A program made the position numbers and the translations under genes. A model generated the notes under the pieces. That model did no database searches and was not told the DNA's origin. It saw only the letters and a program-made list of their open reading frames with translations. Below are positions 44,015 to 55,384 of a stretch of 64,000 nt of DNA, one piece after another; the stretch's first letter is position 1; every line of letters starts with the position of its first letter. The stretch is taken from positions 363-64,362 of IMG/VR virus record IMGVR_UViG_3300013093_000048; one strand, written 5' to 3'. The stretch comes from a virus. Taxonomy: Duplodnaviria > Caudoviricetes.

Positions 44015-46873
44015 ATGAAGTCGCAGGAATTCCTAGCGACTGTGCTTCCGTCTTCGGGTAAGTATTGCGCCTGCGAACTAAGCACAGCAAAAAAAGAACA
44101 CGTATTTGTTGATACGATTGATGAACTGTATAGCAACGCTGCACACTTTAGCGGTGAAGGGCTTAATGCTTTTTATGCGCTAGCATCATTTAACACAAGC
44201 GGCAAGCGTTTAGCTACAAACGCAGTAAAAATAAAATCTTTATTCTTGGATATTGATTGCGGAGAAGGAAAGGATTATCCTAATAAACAGGCGGCAGCAG
44301 CGGCACTGGGGACATTTTTGTCTGAAACTTCGTTAGATAGCCTCGGAACCCCATACGTCGTATCTAGTGGCGGTGGACTGCACGTATACTGGCCGTTCAC
44401 AGAAGAAGTAGATATAGCTACATGGAAACCAGTAGCAGAGAACCTCAAGCGCTTATGTAAGAAAGAGGGCTTGAATATTGACGCTATGGTTACTGGCGAT
44501 GCCGCTCGGGTATTACGCGTTCCTGATACACAGAACTACAAGCAAGAAAAGCCACGGGCTGTATCTATTAAGGTGGTTGGTACAACCTTTGAGTTTGAGG
44601 CATTAGCTACGGTCATCAAAGAAAAAGTCGGGGAAGATTCCCATGAGCTGCTTCCAAAATTTGACCTTCCTGGAAAACGTCCAGACTTAAAAGGCACGGC
44701 ATCAAACGTCAAGATGGTAGAGAACAGTATTACGTTTTTCAAAAATCTTGCACCTAAATGTAAGCAGATTAATCATTACATAGAACACGCTAAAGATGAC
44801 GGCATGGAACCTTTGTGGCGGGGTATCCTCAGCATAGCTAAGTACTGCGAAGATGGTGAGGAAGAAGGTCAAGCTTTATCCGCCATGCATCCCTACGATA
44901 TGGATCGCCACAACACCAAGTGGAACCAAATCAAAGGACCATACAGTTGCTTGAAGCTTGACGAGGCAAATCCAGGGGTCTGTAAAGGTTGCCCACACTT
45001 TGGAAAGATTACTAATCCGCTAGCTTTAGGTCGTGAGATCAAGGTCGATAACAAGCCAAAAGAAATCATTGTTGAAACTAAAGCGGCTACTGATACTAAA
45101 CCAGCCGAGCAGATAATGATTACGCGCCCAATTCCGCCACGCGGATTTAGCTATGGGGCAAATGGCGGGATATTTATCGACAAGGTAGTTGAGGAAGAAG
45201 GTGGCGAGAAGGTTAAGAAGCAGGTAATGATTTTGCCTTACGACTTGTTCGTTGTTGACATCCTAAATAACGGCGATGAGCATCTTATCCACATGGTAGT
45301 ATGCCGCCCAAACGGTACTTCGGATATCATCATGCCGCAAAAATCGGCAGTAAGTAAGGACGAAACGGTAAAGATGCTAGCTAGCCACAATATTATTGCG
45401 GTATACGGCAAGGGCAACGACGTTCACTTATATGAGTACATCCGCGGTTGTGTGGAATATGCCAGCTCTAACAAGGTAGCGGTTAAGGTTCCTCATAGTT
45501 GTGGTTGGCAAGAAGACAACTCATTTGTGTATGACAGCACTATCTTCTCCCCTGATGGCAAGGAGCTTTATGTTCCAACCCCAGGAATGGCTAACGTCAA
45601 CTACGCTACTAAACCAATGGGCACCATTGAGGAATGGAAGAAAGTCCTTAATATGTACATTGCCAAGGAGCTATGGGAGATTGTAACCATGGGTATGGTA
45701 GGTCCTGCTTCGATTCTGATGCACTTCTCGGGCTTTAGGGGCGTTGTTTATCACCTTGGGTCTTCGGGCTCAGGTCGTGGTAAGTCGCTTGCCCTAGCCC
45801 TTGCAGCTAGTTTTTGGGGTCATCCAGAGCTCTACAGGGTTACGCAATCGACTTCAGCAGTAGCTGCACAGCAAAGACAGGGTCTATTAAACAGCCTACC
45901 GCTTGTAATGGACGAGATTACCAACAAGAACCGCGAGTCATTTGAGTGGCTGCCCCAGTTCTTACTAGACTTAACTCAGGGTAAGGGCAAGGAGCGCATG
46001 GAACAAGGCGCCAATAAGGAGCGGTTAAATACTACTGTGTGGAACTTGATGGTGTTGTTTTCAAGCAACACTCACATTTATGACTTCTTATCAGGGGGGC
46101 GTAAGCACACATCCCAAGCTGAGATGCTTCGTATGTTAGAAGTTAAACCAGCCAAGGAAGTTCAATGGGCATCCTCAACTGAGAGCAGTACGGTAGATAT
46201 TCTGAAATCAAATTACGGTGTCGTAGGTCGTGAATTGATTCGCTGGATTGTCCGCAATAGAGAAACAGCGGTACAGGTGTACAACGAGACCCGCGAGAAA
46301 TTAAAAGCGGAATTTAATTCATCAGATGACGAGCGTTATTGGACTGCTGGTAATGCCGCCATCGTAGCTATAGTGATCCTTATGGGTAAAAAATACGCAA
46401 ACATTATTGATGTACCTATCCGTCCAATTATTGAGACGCTTCGTGGAATGGTTAACGAGGCTAGAGCGGCTGTGCGAGGCAATCGCCGTACCGCTGAGGA
46501 TGTTCTTAACGCTTACACCCGTGAGTGCTACGGTAAGTTTGTGGTTGTTAAAGCCATTGACGGAATTACCAAAGCTACCCTAGGTGGGCATAACGAGATT
46601 GACCAGTCGCTAACTAGGTCGGATGTGGCTGGAAGGGTTGAGCATGAGATGACCCCAGGGCATGTTGACTACTACATTGAAGAACAGCTTCTTAAACAGC
46701 ATTGTTCTACTATGAGTTACGGTTACTCCGACTTAAAGAAAGAGCTCGAATCATTGCCTAATTACAAGATTGGGTACATGCGCAAAGATATGCTGGCTAA
46801 GACTAGAGGTCCGTCAATGCGAGTTAACGTAATTAGAATCACACGCCCATTGGTGATAAGTGAGGAAGATTAA
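44015..46873 (+). CDS. Primase-helicase (RepB-like primase, Cys cluster, DUF927-like NTPase)
   Basis: LFLDID, SGGGLHVYW, RVLRVP, CKGC, Walker A SGRGKS, Walker B LVMDE. Confidence 0.85.
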   Translation: MKSQEFLATVLPSSGKYCACELSTAKKEHVFVDTIDELYSNAAHFSGEGLNAFYALASFNTSGKRLATNAVKIKSLFLDIDCGEGKDYPNKQAAAAALGTFLSETSLDSLGTPYVVSSGGGLHVYWPFTEEVDIATWKPVAENLKRLCKKEGLNIDAMVTGDAARVLRVPDTQNYKQEKPRAVSIKVVGTTFEFEALATVIKEKVGEDSHELLPKFDLPGKRPDLKGTASNVKMVENSITFFKNLAPKCKQINHYIEHAKDDGMEPLWRGILSIAKYCEDGEEEGQALSAMHPYDMDRHNTKWNQIKGPYSCLKLDEANPGVCKGCPHFGKITNPLALGREIKVDNKPKEIIVETKAATDTKPAEQIMITRPIPPRGFSYGANGGIFIDKVVEEEGGEKVKKQVMILPYDLFVVDILNNGDEHLIHMVVCRPNGTSDIIMPQKSAVSKDETVKMLASHNIIAVYGKGNDVHLYEYIRGCVEYASSNKVAVKVPHSCGWQEDNSFVYDSTIFSPDGKELYVPTPGMANVNYATKPMGTIEEWKKVLNMYIAKELWEIVTMGMVGPASILMHFSGFRGVVYHLGSSGSGRGKSLALALAASFWGHPELYRVTQSTSAVAAQQRQGLLNSLPLVMDEITNKNRESFEWLPQFLLDLTQGKGKERMEQGANKERLNTTVWNLMVLFSSNTHIYDFLSGGRKHTSQAEMLRMLEVKPAKEVQWASSTESSTVDILKSNYGVVGRELIRWIVRNRETAVQVYNETREKLKAEFNSSDDERYWTAGNAAIVAIVILMGKKYANIIDVPIRPIIETLRGMVNEARAAVRGNRRTAEDVLNAYTRECYGKFVVVKAIDGITKATLGGHNEIDQSLTRSDVAGRVEHEMTPGHVDYYIEEQLLKQHCSTMSYGYSDLKKELESLPNYKIGYMRKDMLAKTRGPSMRVNVIRITRPLVISEED

Positions 46874-47051
46874 GGTGCACTATCCGTGGTTAGAAGTCCC
46901 CGCTAAAGGGGGCTTCTTTGTTCCCACATTGAAGTTTGAGGAGGTAAGGGTAAACGGTTTAAAAGCCGCCCTTTACCACCGAGTACAAGCCAAGGCAGAG
47001 ATAGGGCGCAAGAACGGCAAGATAGGCGTGTGGTTTACTCGCCTACGCTAG
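46860..47051 (+). CDS. Small hypothetical protein
   Basis: YPW..GGFFVP...GVWFTR; last gene of the plus arm. Confidence 0.7.
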   Translation: MRKIKVHYPWLEVPAKGGFFVPTLKFEEVRVNGLKAALYHRVQAKAEIGRKNGKIGVWFTRLR

Positions 47052-50000
47052 CCCTAAAGTCTTTTGCTAAATCAATCTTATCTTGTTTAACGAGGTCTAG
47101 TTCTTTTCTCTTTTGCGCTGGTGTCAGAGTTCTGTCGCCCCGTACTTCACGCTCACGTTTATTTAGTTCGCCCATTTGCTGTTTAAATGCACCCGCTGCA
47201 GATGTAGCATCAATCTCTCTAGAATACTTTTGATAAAACTTATCAGCTTTATCTGGATCTTCTGCTTCAAGACCTGTGTACGTATTATGTAGCTGCTCAA
47301 TATTAACCATAGAATTGTAGGCTTTATTAATTAGACCTGCACCATCCGATGGTTGGAAAAAGCCGCCAAGTACAGGCAATTCATGCGCTGTCATCTCTGG
47401 GCCTGCGGTACTACGTAATACTGGATTGAACATAGACATCAAGGCAATACCAAGACTGCTTGTATAGCTTTGGATAAAGTGGTCTAACTGAACTGGAGAA
47501 ACACCTAAGTACTGGCCAACAAGTTTTGATACTTCAGTCGTATTAGCGTGAGAACGGTATCCCGCTTGTTGGGTTTTATCACGAGTACTTTCAATAGGGG
47601 ATAGGCTATACAAATCTGTGTTTGTCAACGCTTCAACTACAGGCTTAACACCTTGCGGCAAAAATGCTGTAGATACACCTGGAATGTTTCCAATTACTTG
47701 TTTAGCAAACGCAGGTAATACGTCTTTTGTTTTAGCGTCTGTTGCGGCTAAGTTGTATACAGCTTCAGGAAGCGCCTTAAAGATTACGCCAGATTCAAAT
47801 GGAATTGGTACGCGAACTGGATCTTTTGCGCCAGGAATTGGAATAAACCAATAGTTAAGTTTGTCTTCATCAGTAGCATTTTTGTACGCTGTATTATTTT
47901 GCATAAGGGCTGTGTACAGCAAAGACATACCAGCTACTACCGCACCTCGCTTAAGCAATGTGTTCTTAACATTAAGCTTATCTTCAAACAAAGACTTGCC
48001 CAAACCAGCGCGCGCCAATGTGTTAAGACCTTGAATCTGTGCGTTAAAGAAAGGAATCATGACGCTAAGTGCCCGCACGCTAGGTGAGTAGCCGTGCTTG
48101 GTAAAGTTTTGGGATTCTAGCGTAGCTAAGGAAGCCTCCATTGGAGTCATACCTTTTTTAATGAAACCGTTATAGAGAGTTAAACGGGCTGACTCATCAG
48201 CTACAATAGCCAGTCTATCTGCTTTAGCCCAAAGTTTTTCCCACCCTGATTGACCACGAGCAATTTGCTGTGAGATAGTGCGCATGTCAGACATAGTACC
48301 AGCGTACACATGGCCGCCAATAATTCCTTGTTCTTGGAGCATACGAACCTCAGGAGAAGAACCTTCCCAACTCTTTTTAATGTTTCCGATAACGTCCACG
48401 ATTGGGCGTACATCAGCGCCAGTTTTTATCCAGCTATCAATAGATTCTTTAAATGCTACACGAGCTGAGTATGCTGGGAATCTAGTTACGGCTTTACGCA
48501 ATAGATTAGCTGGGCCTTGTAAGAAACTAATAGCAGACGGAAGAGTCATTGAAACACCTTCCATACCACGAACAATCATATCGCCCGGAATGTCACCAAA
48601 TAAAGACTCAGACTGACGGCTAATTTCTGCTCGGTCACGAAGCTTCTTATACTCTTCAGTATTGGCCTTACCTTCTTTACGCATTTTATCAAGGCGGTCT
48701 TCAAGCTGGGTAGACAAGCCTGAAGTTTGGATTACGGCATGTTTCTCTTCGCCTTTATCGTAAAAACGAACTGTACTAGGAGAAGCAGGGCCGTTGCCAT
48801 CGTGTACTTCAGCAATACCAAGAGTGCGAAGGGTGTGTGCTGTATTTTTTGTAGCTACGTTACTCATAGCCATGTCAGTCAGCATGTAGGTATTTTGGAG
48901 AGAGCTTACTTCAAAGTTAATGATTGACTTATCGCCACCAAGCAGTTCTTTTAAATACTGTTGGTTTTTAATATCGCCAATACGAATGTGGTTTTCTTCA
49001 TCCCACACAGAACCGTCTGCCCGCTCACGATAGTAAGGTACATAATCACCCTGCTTTAGCTTATCAACTAGCTCTTTAGAAAGGCGCCCAGTTTGAACAG
49101 CAAGATCCAATAACCCATTGTTATATTCACGATACATCTTACGGGCTTCTTGGAAATGTGGGTTAGAACGGCCAAATTTTAGTATTTCATCTAGTTGCTT
49201 TTGGGTAACTTTACCAGCCAAGTTTAATTTTTCTAAACCGTCTGGAGTAGATGCCGCACGTTCAGCCGCTAAGTACAAGCCAAATTGTTCATTGGCAGCT
49301 TCCGCATTACCAATTTCTAAAGCGGCTTTCCCTATTGTTTCAAAAATATCTTTAAGCCCCGATTTTTTAGCGCTCTTATACTGATACTCGCCGTACTCAT
49401 TCTTTTCTAACTTAACCGGACCGTGCGTAGCTATTTCAGAAACCATGTTATTGCGCTGGTCATATAAACGGTTATACGACATCATCTGTACAGCTTGTAG
49501 CTTGTCGCTCATATTGCGAGCTATGTATTCTAAACCAGCAAAACGGTCAACAAAACGGTGCATCAAACTTGCACCAAGAACACCACCTTTAATTCTGTCG
49601 GTAAAAGGTTTTTCTTGGGCAATAGTATCTTTGGCGTATGTTTGTAGCGCTGGATCAAAACTAGCTTTATACACAGGCTTGCTAGCAAAAGACACTTCTC
49701 CGTTTTCTAGTCTGGAGGCAATAGGCCGCGAAGCATCAAAGTCTTTTCTAGCATCACGAAGCAATTTGTAAATATCGGAAGTACTGATATCTAAATCCAA
49801 GCCCATCTTGCGCAATCCTGCACGAACCAAACCAACCATAGCTTTAATAAACTCATTGGCTTTTTCAACAAAACTCTTAGACGGCCTTGCTTCTTCAGTA
49901 TAGGCTATCATTTCCTTAACGGCAGCTGTCATAGCTTCCGCTTCAGTTTTACCAGAATTAATTGCAGCAGCATGGGCGCGTTCAACTTCTTCACTAACGC

Positions 50001-53000
50001 CTAATTTTTCAGCAAGACCGAACACTCCGCCTTCTTGCTTAGCCACTTTATTAACTAGAGCTTTAACACCCTCGTCACCAAGCACGCCTTCAACACCTAA
50101 GTGGCCGGTAATCTCGTGGGCCATGGTTTTCTTAAGGTCAGTTGCATCAGCATGGTTCTTAGTAATAACAAAGACTGTTCCGTCTGGCAGAACACCACCG
50201 CGAACTTCATCTGGGTTATGCCCTGTAGCTTCAATAATTGAGCGCAATGTAGGCGTGGCTTCTTTAACTACCAGTAAACGTAGGCCTTTTGGCTTAGCTA
50301 CTTTATTAATAATAGACTTAGCTTCTGCGTGGTCAATACCTTCTCCGCCATGCGCTTTATCTGTACGAGCTTCCCAGTCATTAGAATTTAGACCGCTAAA
50401 TAGATCACCAAAATCTTTTGCATCTAATCCAGAACGGCTTAACTCATCAGACTTATCAACACCTTCAAAAAGTTTTTCAACGGCTTCTTCATTTTTAGCG
50501 CGTTGTTCTGGCGTAAGTTCTTTCTTGGTGCCCCGTTCAAACATTTTTACAGGATGTACTGTACGTGCAGCAGGTCCTTTAGCTCTTTCAGACTGTTTAG
50601 GCTCAACTTCAACTTTAGCTACAAGGTTTTCTTTTCTGTCTTTAAGAACTGCTATTTCATTCTTGTACTTAGTTACTGCTTCTTCAGCAGTCAAAGGCTT
50701 GGCTTTAGTAGCTTTAAGTTTATCTGTTATCTCTTGGCCTTGAGCTACTAATTTTTCACGAACAGTAGGTATGCGTTTGTCCGCTTTTTCAAATTTATCT
50801 TTTAGCCTATTACGTTCTTGCGCTAATTGACGACGTTTTTCACCAGCTTCTTTTTTAGCTTCAGCCAAGCGTTCAGCTTTTGCTTCTGGTGTATTTACGT
50901 TCTTAATTTTTTCTTCAAGTGTTTTAATTTGAGAATCAATCTCGGCTTTTTGTTTCTTGACCCGTTCCTCAGCACCTTGTAAATTAGCTTCAGCAATAGC
51001 TTCATTGCGCGCTTTTCTACGCTTAGCGTAGTCAATATCTTTTTCGCGTTGTTTTTCAAGGGAAAGTCTATCTGACGCAGTTTTTTCTTCTACAGTTTGA
51101 GTCGGTTTAACTGCCTCTTTGATTGCAGCTTCTTTTTCTTCAATGTCAGCTTTAATCTTATCGCGGTTTTTACCTTTAGCTGTTTTAAGTTTAGCTTGTA
51201 AATCAGCCAACTCCCCACGCAAATTGACCACATTACCAGACACTTTAGTACCAGGAAGTCCAAGGCCCTCTAACAAACGCTGGTCATTTTCACGAGTTTG
51301 TTTGGCGTTATCTTCTATAGACTTTAATAGCTCAGCTTCTTGAACACGAATATTGGTTTTAGCTTGAGCAATTTGTCGTTCTAGCTGAGCCTGAGGTGTT
51401 TTTTCATATTGGCGCTCTAGCCCGCGCAATATAGCCCGCTCAGTATTAATACTGGCTTCTTTAAGTTTGCGAGAGCGAGCGTGAAGCGCGTCAATCTCAT
51501 CAAGACGTGTTTTTAATTCTTTATTTACTGCTTTAATTTGTTTGTCGAGTTCAAACTTAGCTTCGCTATAGTGGCGTGATTTACCTTCTTCTTTTTCCCG
51601 TTTGGCCGTAAGTTTTTCTAAACTCTTAGTAACTTTGCTACGAGCATTCCACAGACCAGTAGCTTCTTCGTTAATGTTCTTAATTAACTTATCCGCATTT
51701 GCCACGTCTTCAATAAATGATTTCTGGATTTCAATTTGTTTGCGTAGCTCAGCTGTAGACTCTGTTGTTGTTTCCAGTTTTTCAGCGGCGCGCTTTTCAG
51801 CCGCAACTTTAGTTTCTGCAACACGTTTTTCTAGCGCATCTAATTCTGCTGCAGCTTTTTCTTTTGCCGCTTTAAGTTTTTTACCCTGCGCTTCTACAAG
51901 GCGCATGAAGTTAGCTGTTGTAGCTCTTACTGTAGCAATAGGTTCTAACTTAGCAGCAGGCTGTTTTTCTTTAGCCTTTTCTAGCTCTTTCATTAGCTCA
52001 ATGCCTTTAGCTTGAGCAGCAAACGCACGTTTTAAATCTGGAAGCTTCTTAGCATTCTCTTCAGCAATAATTGCTTTTTGTTCTTCGATCGCACTTTCAA
52101 TGCGCTCAATGTTAGCCGCCTGAACTTTCTCTTGGTTTTCTTTTCCAAATAGTTCTTGCTGATCAATCGGATACTGCTTTTCTTTTTCAGCCTTAGCACG
52201 AGCAGCTAATTCTTCAGCGGTAGCCAGGTTACCAATATTTGATACGTCAGGCGCTTTGGCTTTGCGGTCTTCCTCAGCCATACGCTGCGCTTCTTCTGTG
52301 CGCAACTCTTTAACCAGTTTGCCAATCTTCTCTTGTGCTTTAGCAATTTTAGCTTGGTCAGGATTCTCACTACTGCGTTCTTCAGCAATAATGCTTTCTT
52401 GGTATTTAATTTCAGCTGAACGCTCATCTGCACCGTTAAACTGTTTTCTAAGTTCTGGTTTGTAGGCAGTAATTGGGTTCTTAATAGCTACAGCATCGTG
52501 CGTTACATTTGCAATATGCTCTGCGATAACCGCTTGTGCGGCTTCTGGAGATGCAATCTCCCCTGTAGCTAGGCGCTTCATATCGCCTACAGCTTCCATG
52601 AACTGGGCTTTAACTTCTTTTACCTGTTGTTCATTTAGCGGCAAGCTACCCGCAGCCTGGCGGTGTGTTGCTACTTCATCCATTAAAGAGTCAGAAAAAG
52701 CTTTTTCAGCTTTTAACATTCTGTTTTCTAATACGCTCTTAGTTACTTTTGCACGTTTAGTTTGGCCGCCAATATACTCTCGGTTAGCCAAAGCATTTAA
52801 AGAATCTAAAAAAGTTTCTAAGTGCCCACGTTGTTCACGGCGCACGCCATTAAGAAGCTCATGGTATTTACGAATTCTTTCTGGAATTTGCTTGCCAACT
52901 GGAAGGTCAATATCTTTATCTAAATTCTGAATACGTTCAGCCAGATTACGCATCTGGCCAATAACTTCCATAACTTCGCCACGGTTTGCACCAGCTTGGT

Positions 53001-55335
53001 TACGTTTTCCGCGAGCCATATCTAACTTGCGTTTTAGTCCCATTAGAGCGCCACGTAATGTAAGGTTATCCCCAACATGGCGTTTTAATGTAGCTAATCT
53101 ACCCATTACTTCTGGGCGCATTTCACTTGTAGGGAAAGCGTTTGCTATCGCTGCTGTTGTTTGTTTGCTTGCACCTTCGCTTAAATTTTGAGCATTAAGG
53201 GCATCTTGGCGTCTCTTGATATCCGCCAGTAATTGGTCACGTTCAACTTGTACTGCTGCAAGTTTTTGTCCTGCAGGGGTAAGCTCACCATCTTTTTCCA
53301 GCGCTTGCTTTTTACCAGCAGCGGCTTTCATCTGGTCATCTAAGGCCTTAGCGCGATTCTCCATATCACGGATTTCACGGGCTTCAGTTATAGGATCGAC
53401 TCTATTAATTGCCTGTTCTTTAGAAGGCTCTGCCTCTGTTCTAGCTTTTGGCTTAGCAGCTTCTACTGCCGCAGCACTTTGCTCCAACAGTTTTTTAAGC
53501 TGAATGGCGCCTTGAATATCATTGCTGCTATTGGCTTTTTGGAACAAATCTTCCAACATGCTATGACGTTGAACAGTTTGGTCGTAGTTTGCTTGTTGTG
53601 CTTTCTGGGCAGCAATATCTTCTTCGGTAGCAGGGGCAGTTTCTTCTCCCAAGTACTTTTTCTGTGTAAGTTCTTCAGCCTGTTTAGCTGCGCTAGCGGC
53701 TTGGTCTTCTTTTGCACCAGCTTCAAAATCAAAGGTGCCTTGAGTTTCTTTAACACCACCAAGCTCGTCCAGTTTTTTCTGAGCAGTTTCAATTTTAGCG
53801 GTAAGAGCATCTAACCGTTCTTTGTCAAACTGCCCATTAGTAAAGTTAAGACTTTGGAATTCAGATTTAGCGGTTTTAATTTGCTTTTCTAAAGCAGCGC
53901 GTTGTTGTACGTCTGTCTTTTCTGCAGGCCCAAGAGCTTCCAACTGTTTATTAGTTGTTTCTAAAATACCAGATAACTGAGCGTGCCTAGCAGATAAATC
54001 TTTATATTTAGCAATATCGCCTTTTTCAATCGCAGTATTTAAATGGCCTTCCACTGTTTCAATTGTTTGCTTAAGAGCTGGGATGCTATTTTCTAGCATC
54101 TGTCTGTGGCTTGCCATTTCATCGGCAGCTTGTTCTTTTTCTGCTACTGTACGCTGGTCACGAGAAACACCGCTAACTCCTGGCTGTTCTTGCTCAGGAA
54201 CTTCCATACCAAGTAAATCACCAGTCTGGCGTTGAGACTGTTCAAACTGTAACTGTTGTTGTCTGTCAGCTAAACGTATGGCTTCAGCTTCATCAAGCGC
54301 TTGTTGTTTCTTACGTTCTGTTTCTGCAAATTGTGCTGCACCGGCTTCGATAGCTTTTGTTTCAGCTTTACGTTTTGGAAGACCGTGCAATGCCCCAAAT
54401 ATAGGAGACAATTCTGCCGCGCCTATGGCGCTTTCTTTATAAGACTGCAATGCTTCAGGGCTTAGTAAGTCTTCTCCAGCTGCAGCACGACGAGCAGCTT
54501 CAGTACCAACCATCATGCCAGTACCAGCAATGGCGTTAGAGCCTGTTTCTGTTAAGAAGTTTCTTGTAGTTCCGCTAAGCTTAGATAAGGCGTCAGTTTT
54601 ACTTAATGTACCAGCAGCTACTTGTTCACCTAGAGTAGCGGCTTCTTTACCTAAAATACCGCGAACAGCCTTAGGGATAGCACCCATGCCAGGCAAACCA
54701 AATCCGGCAAAGGTAGCTTGAAGAAGACCCGCCGCAACTGCTTTAGGAAGATCCTCAGGTTTACCTTTTTCTTTTTGGTACTCTAAGTTTTCACCAATTT
54801 CAGCAGGCAAATCAGAAACGGATGTAGCAAGAGCTTGAGCAGCTGCACGACCAGTTAATCCAGCAACTAAAGAAGCGCCAGCAACTTCAGGAGCAGCTAC
54901 AGCTGCAAGAGCTCCAGCACCAGCACCAATGGCGGTAGGTGCAGCATAACGACCAACAATACCACCAACTGGTTCGCTAACATATTTACGAAATGCGGCC
55001 CCTGCTCCTGGCAGTAACCCTTCTTTCATAGCCGCGCCTACATCTTCTGACGTAGTAGGAATAAAACTATCTTGAGCGCCTTTGGCTTTATCTTGTTCAG
55101 CCCAGGCTTTGAGCGTGTCACTATTTAATAAAGAACCGAGGCCTGCTTCTGTAGCTACCTTAGCTTGATTCCAACCTTGACTTACTGCAGAGCCAAAACC
55201 TTGACGTTCTTCACGTTCAGCCTTGGATAGAAAAGCTTCTGGAAATGCTTGCTGGGCTTTTGCATACGCTTCATGGGGTTCCATTCCTTTAGGGACTTCA
55301 AGATAAGAGCCGTTCGGTAGCTGTACGTATGCCAT
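47035..55335 (-). CDS. Giant internal virion/ejection polyvalent protein (HExxGH metallopeptidase-like and LPD38-like domains)
   Basis: 2766 aa; Ala/Gly hydrophobic N-region, long coiled coil, MAHEITGH at about 50101-50124, C-terminal YWFIP..RVPIPFESGVIFKALPE. Confidence 0.75.
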   Translation of the reverse strand: MAYVQLPNGSYLEVPKGMEPHEAYAKAQQAFPEAFLSKAEREERQGFGSAVSQGWNQAKVATEAGLGSLLNSDTLKAWAEQDKAKGAQDSFIPTTSEDVGAAMKEGLLPGAGAAFRKYVSEPVGGIVGRYAAPTAIGAGAGALAAVAAPEVAGASLVAGLTGRAAAQALATSVSDLPAEIGENLEYQKEKGKPEDLPKAVAAGLLQATFAGFGLPGMGAIPKAVRGILGKEAATLGEQVAAGTLSKTDALSKLSGTTRNFLTETGSNAIAGTGMMVGTEAARRAAAGEDLLSPEALQSYKESAIGAAELSPIFGALHGLPKRKAETKAIEAGAAQFAETERKKQQALDEAEAIRLADRQQQLQFEQSQRQTGDLLGMEVPEQEQPGVSGVSRDQRTVAEKEQAADEMASHRQMLENSIPALKQTIETVEGHLNTAIEKGDIAKYKDLSARHAQLSGILETTNKQLEALGPAEKTDVQQRAALEKQIKTAKSEFQSLNFTNGQFDKERLDALTAKIETAQKKLDELGGVKETQGTFDFEAGAKEDQAASAAKQAEELTQKKYLGEETAPATEEDIAAQKAQQANYDQTVQRHSMLEDLFQKANSSNDIQGAIQLKKLLEQSAAAVEAAKPKARTEAEPSKEQAINRVDPITEAREIRDMENRAKALDDQMKAAAGKKQALEKDGELTPAGQKLAAVQVERDQLLADIKRRQDALNAQNLSEGASKQTTAAIANAFPTSEMRPEVMGRLATLKRHVGDNLTLRGALMGLKRKLDMARGKRNQAGANRGEVMEVIGQMRNLAERIQNLDKDIDLPVGKQIPERIRKYHELLNGVRREQRGHLETFLDSLNALANREYIGGQTKRAKVTKSVLENRMLKAEKAFSDSLMDEVATHRQAAGSLPLNEQQVKEVKAQFMEAVGDMKRLATGEIASPEAAQAVIAEHIANVTHDAVAIKNPITAYKPELRKQFNGADERSAEIKYQESIIAEERSSENPDQAKIAKAQEKIGKLVKELRTEEAQRMAEEDRKAKAPDVSNIGNLATAEELAARAKAEKEKQYPIDQQELFGKENQEKVQAANIERIESAIEEQKAIIAEENAKKLPDLKRAFAAQAKGIELMKELEKAKEKQPAAKLEPIATVRATTANFMRLVEAQGKKLKAAKEKAAAELDALEKRVAETKVAAEKRAAEKLETTTESTAELRKQIEIQKSFIEDVANADKLIKNINEEATGLWNARSKVTKSLEKLTAKREKEEGKSRHYSEAKFELDKQIKAVNKELKTRLDEIDALHARSRKLKEASINTERAILRGLERQYEKTPQAQLERQIAQAKTNIRVQEAELLKSIEDNAKQTRENDQRLLEGLGLPGTKVSGNVVNLRGELADLQAKLKTAKGKNRDKIKADIEEKEAAIKEAVKPTQTVEEKTASDRLSLEKQREKDIDYAKRRKARNEAIAEANLQGAEERVKKQKAEIDSQIKTLEEKIKNVNTPEAKAERLAEAKKEAGEKRRQLAQERNRLKDKFEKADKRIPTVREKLVAQGQEITDKLKATKAKPLTAEEAVTKYKNEIAVLKDRKENLVAKVEVEPKQSERAKGPAARTVHPVKMFERGTKKELTPEQRAKNEEAVEKLFEGVDKSDELSRSGLDAKDFGDLFSGLNSNDWEARTDKAHGGEGIDHAEAKSIINKVAKPKGLRLLVVKEATPTLRSIIEATGHNPDEVRGGVLPDGTVFVITKNHADATDLKKTMAHEITGHLGVEGVLGDEGVKALVNKVAKQEGGVFGLAEKLGVSEEVERAHAAAINSGKTEAEAMTAAVKEMIAYTEEARPSKSFVEKANEFIKAMVGLVRAGLRKMGLDLDISTSDIYKLLRDARKDFDASRPIASRLENGEVSFASKPVYKASFDPALQTYAKDTIAQEKPFTDRIKGGVLGASLMHRFVDRFAGLEYIARNMSDKLQAVQMMSYNRLYDQRNNMVSEIATHGPVKLEKNEYGEYQYKSAKKSGLKDIFETIGKAALEIGNAEAANEQFGLYLAAERAASTPDGLEKLNLAGKVTQKQLDEILKFGRSNPHFQEARKMYREYNNGLLDLAVQTGRLSKELVDKLKQGDYVPYYRERADGSVWDEENHIRIGDIKNQQYLKELLGGDKSIINFEVSSLQNTYMLTDMAMSNVATKNTAHTLRTLGIAEVHDGNGPASPSTVRFYDKGEEKHAVIQTSGLSTQLEDRLDKMRKEGKANTEEYKKLRDRAEISRQSESLFGDIPGDMIVRGMEGVSMTLPSAISFLQGPANLLRKAVTRFPAYSARVAFKESIDSWIKTGADVRPIVDVIGNIKKSWEGSSPEVRMLQEQGIIGGHVYAGTMSDMRTISQQIARGQSGWEKLWAKADRLAIVADESARLTLYNGFIKKGMTPMEASLATLESQNFTKHGYSPSVRALSVMIPFFNAQIQGLNTLARAGLGKSLFEDKLNVKNTLLKRGAVVAGMSLLYTALMQNNTAYKNATDEDKLNYWFIPIPGAKDPVRVPIPFESGVIFKALPEAVYNLAATDAKTKDVLPAFAKQVIGNIPGVSTAFLPQGVKPVVEALTNTDLYSLSPIESTRDKTQQAGYRSHANTTEVSKLVGQYLGVSPVQLDHFIQSYTSSLGIALMSMFNPVLRSTAGPEMTAHELPVLGGFFQPSDGAGLINKAYNSMVNIEQLHNTYTGLEAEDPDKADKFYQKYSREIDATSAAGAFKQQMGELNKREREVRGDRTLTPAQKRKELDLVKQDKIDLAKDFRASVGE

Positions 55336-55384
55336 ATGTTCTTCACAAAATGTGTTAAATTAAATTTTAAACTCCAAGCAGGCG

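Noticed and set aside
47618-54721. Many plus-strand ORFs opposite the giant gene
   Set aside because: Shadow frames caused by codon bias; no RBS or motifs
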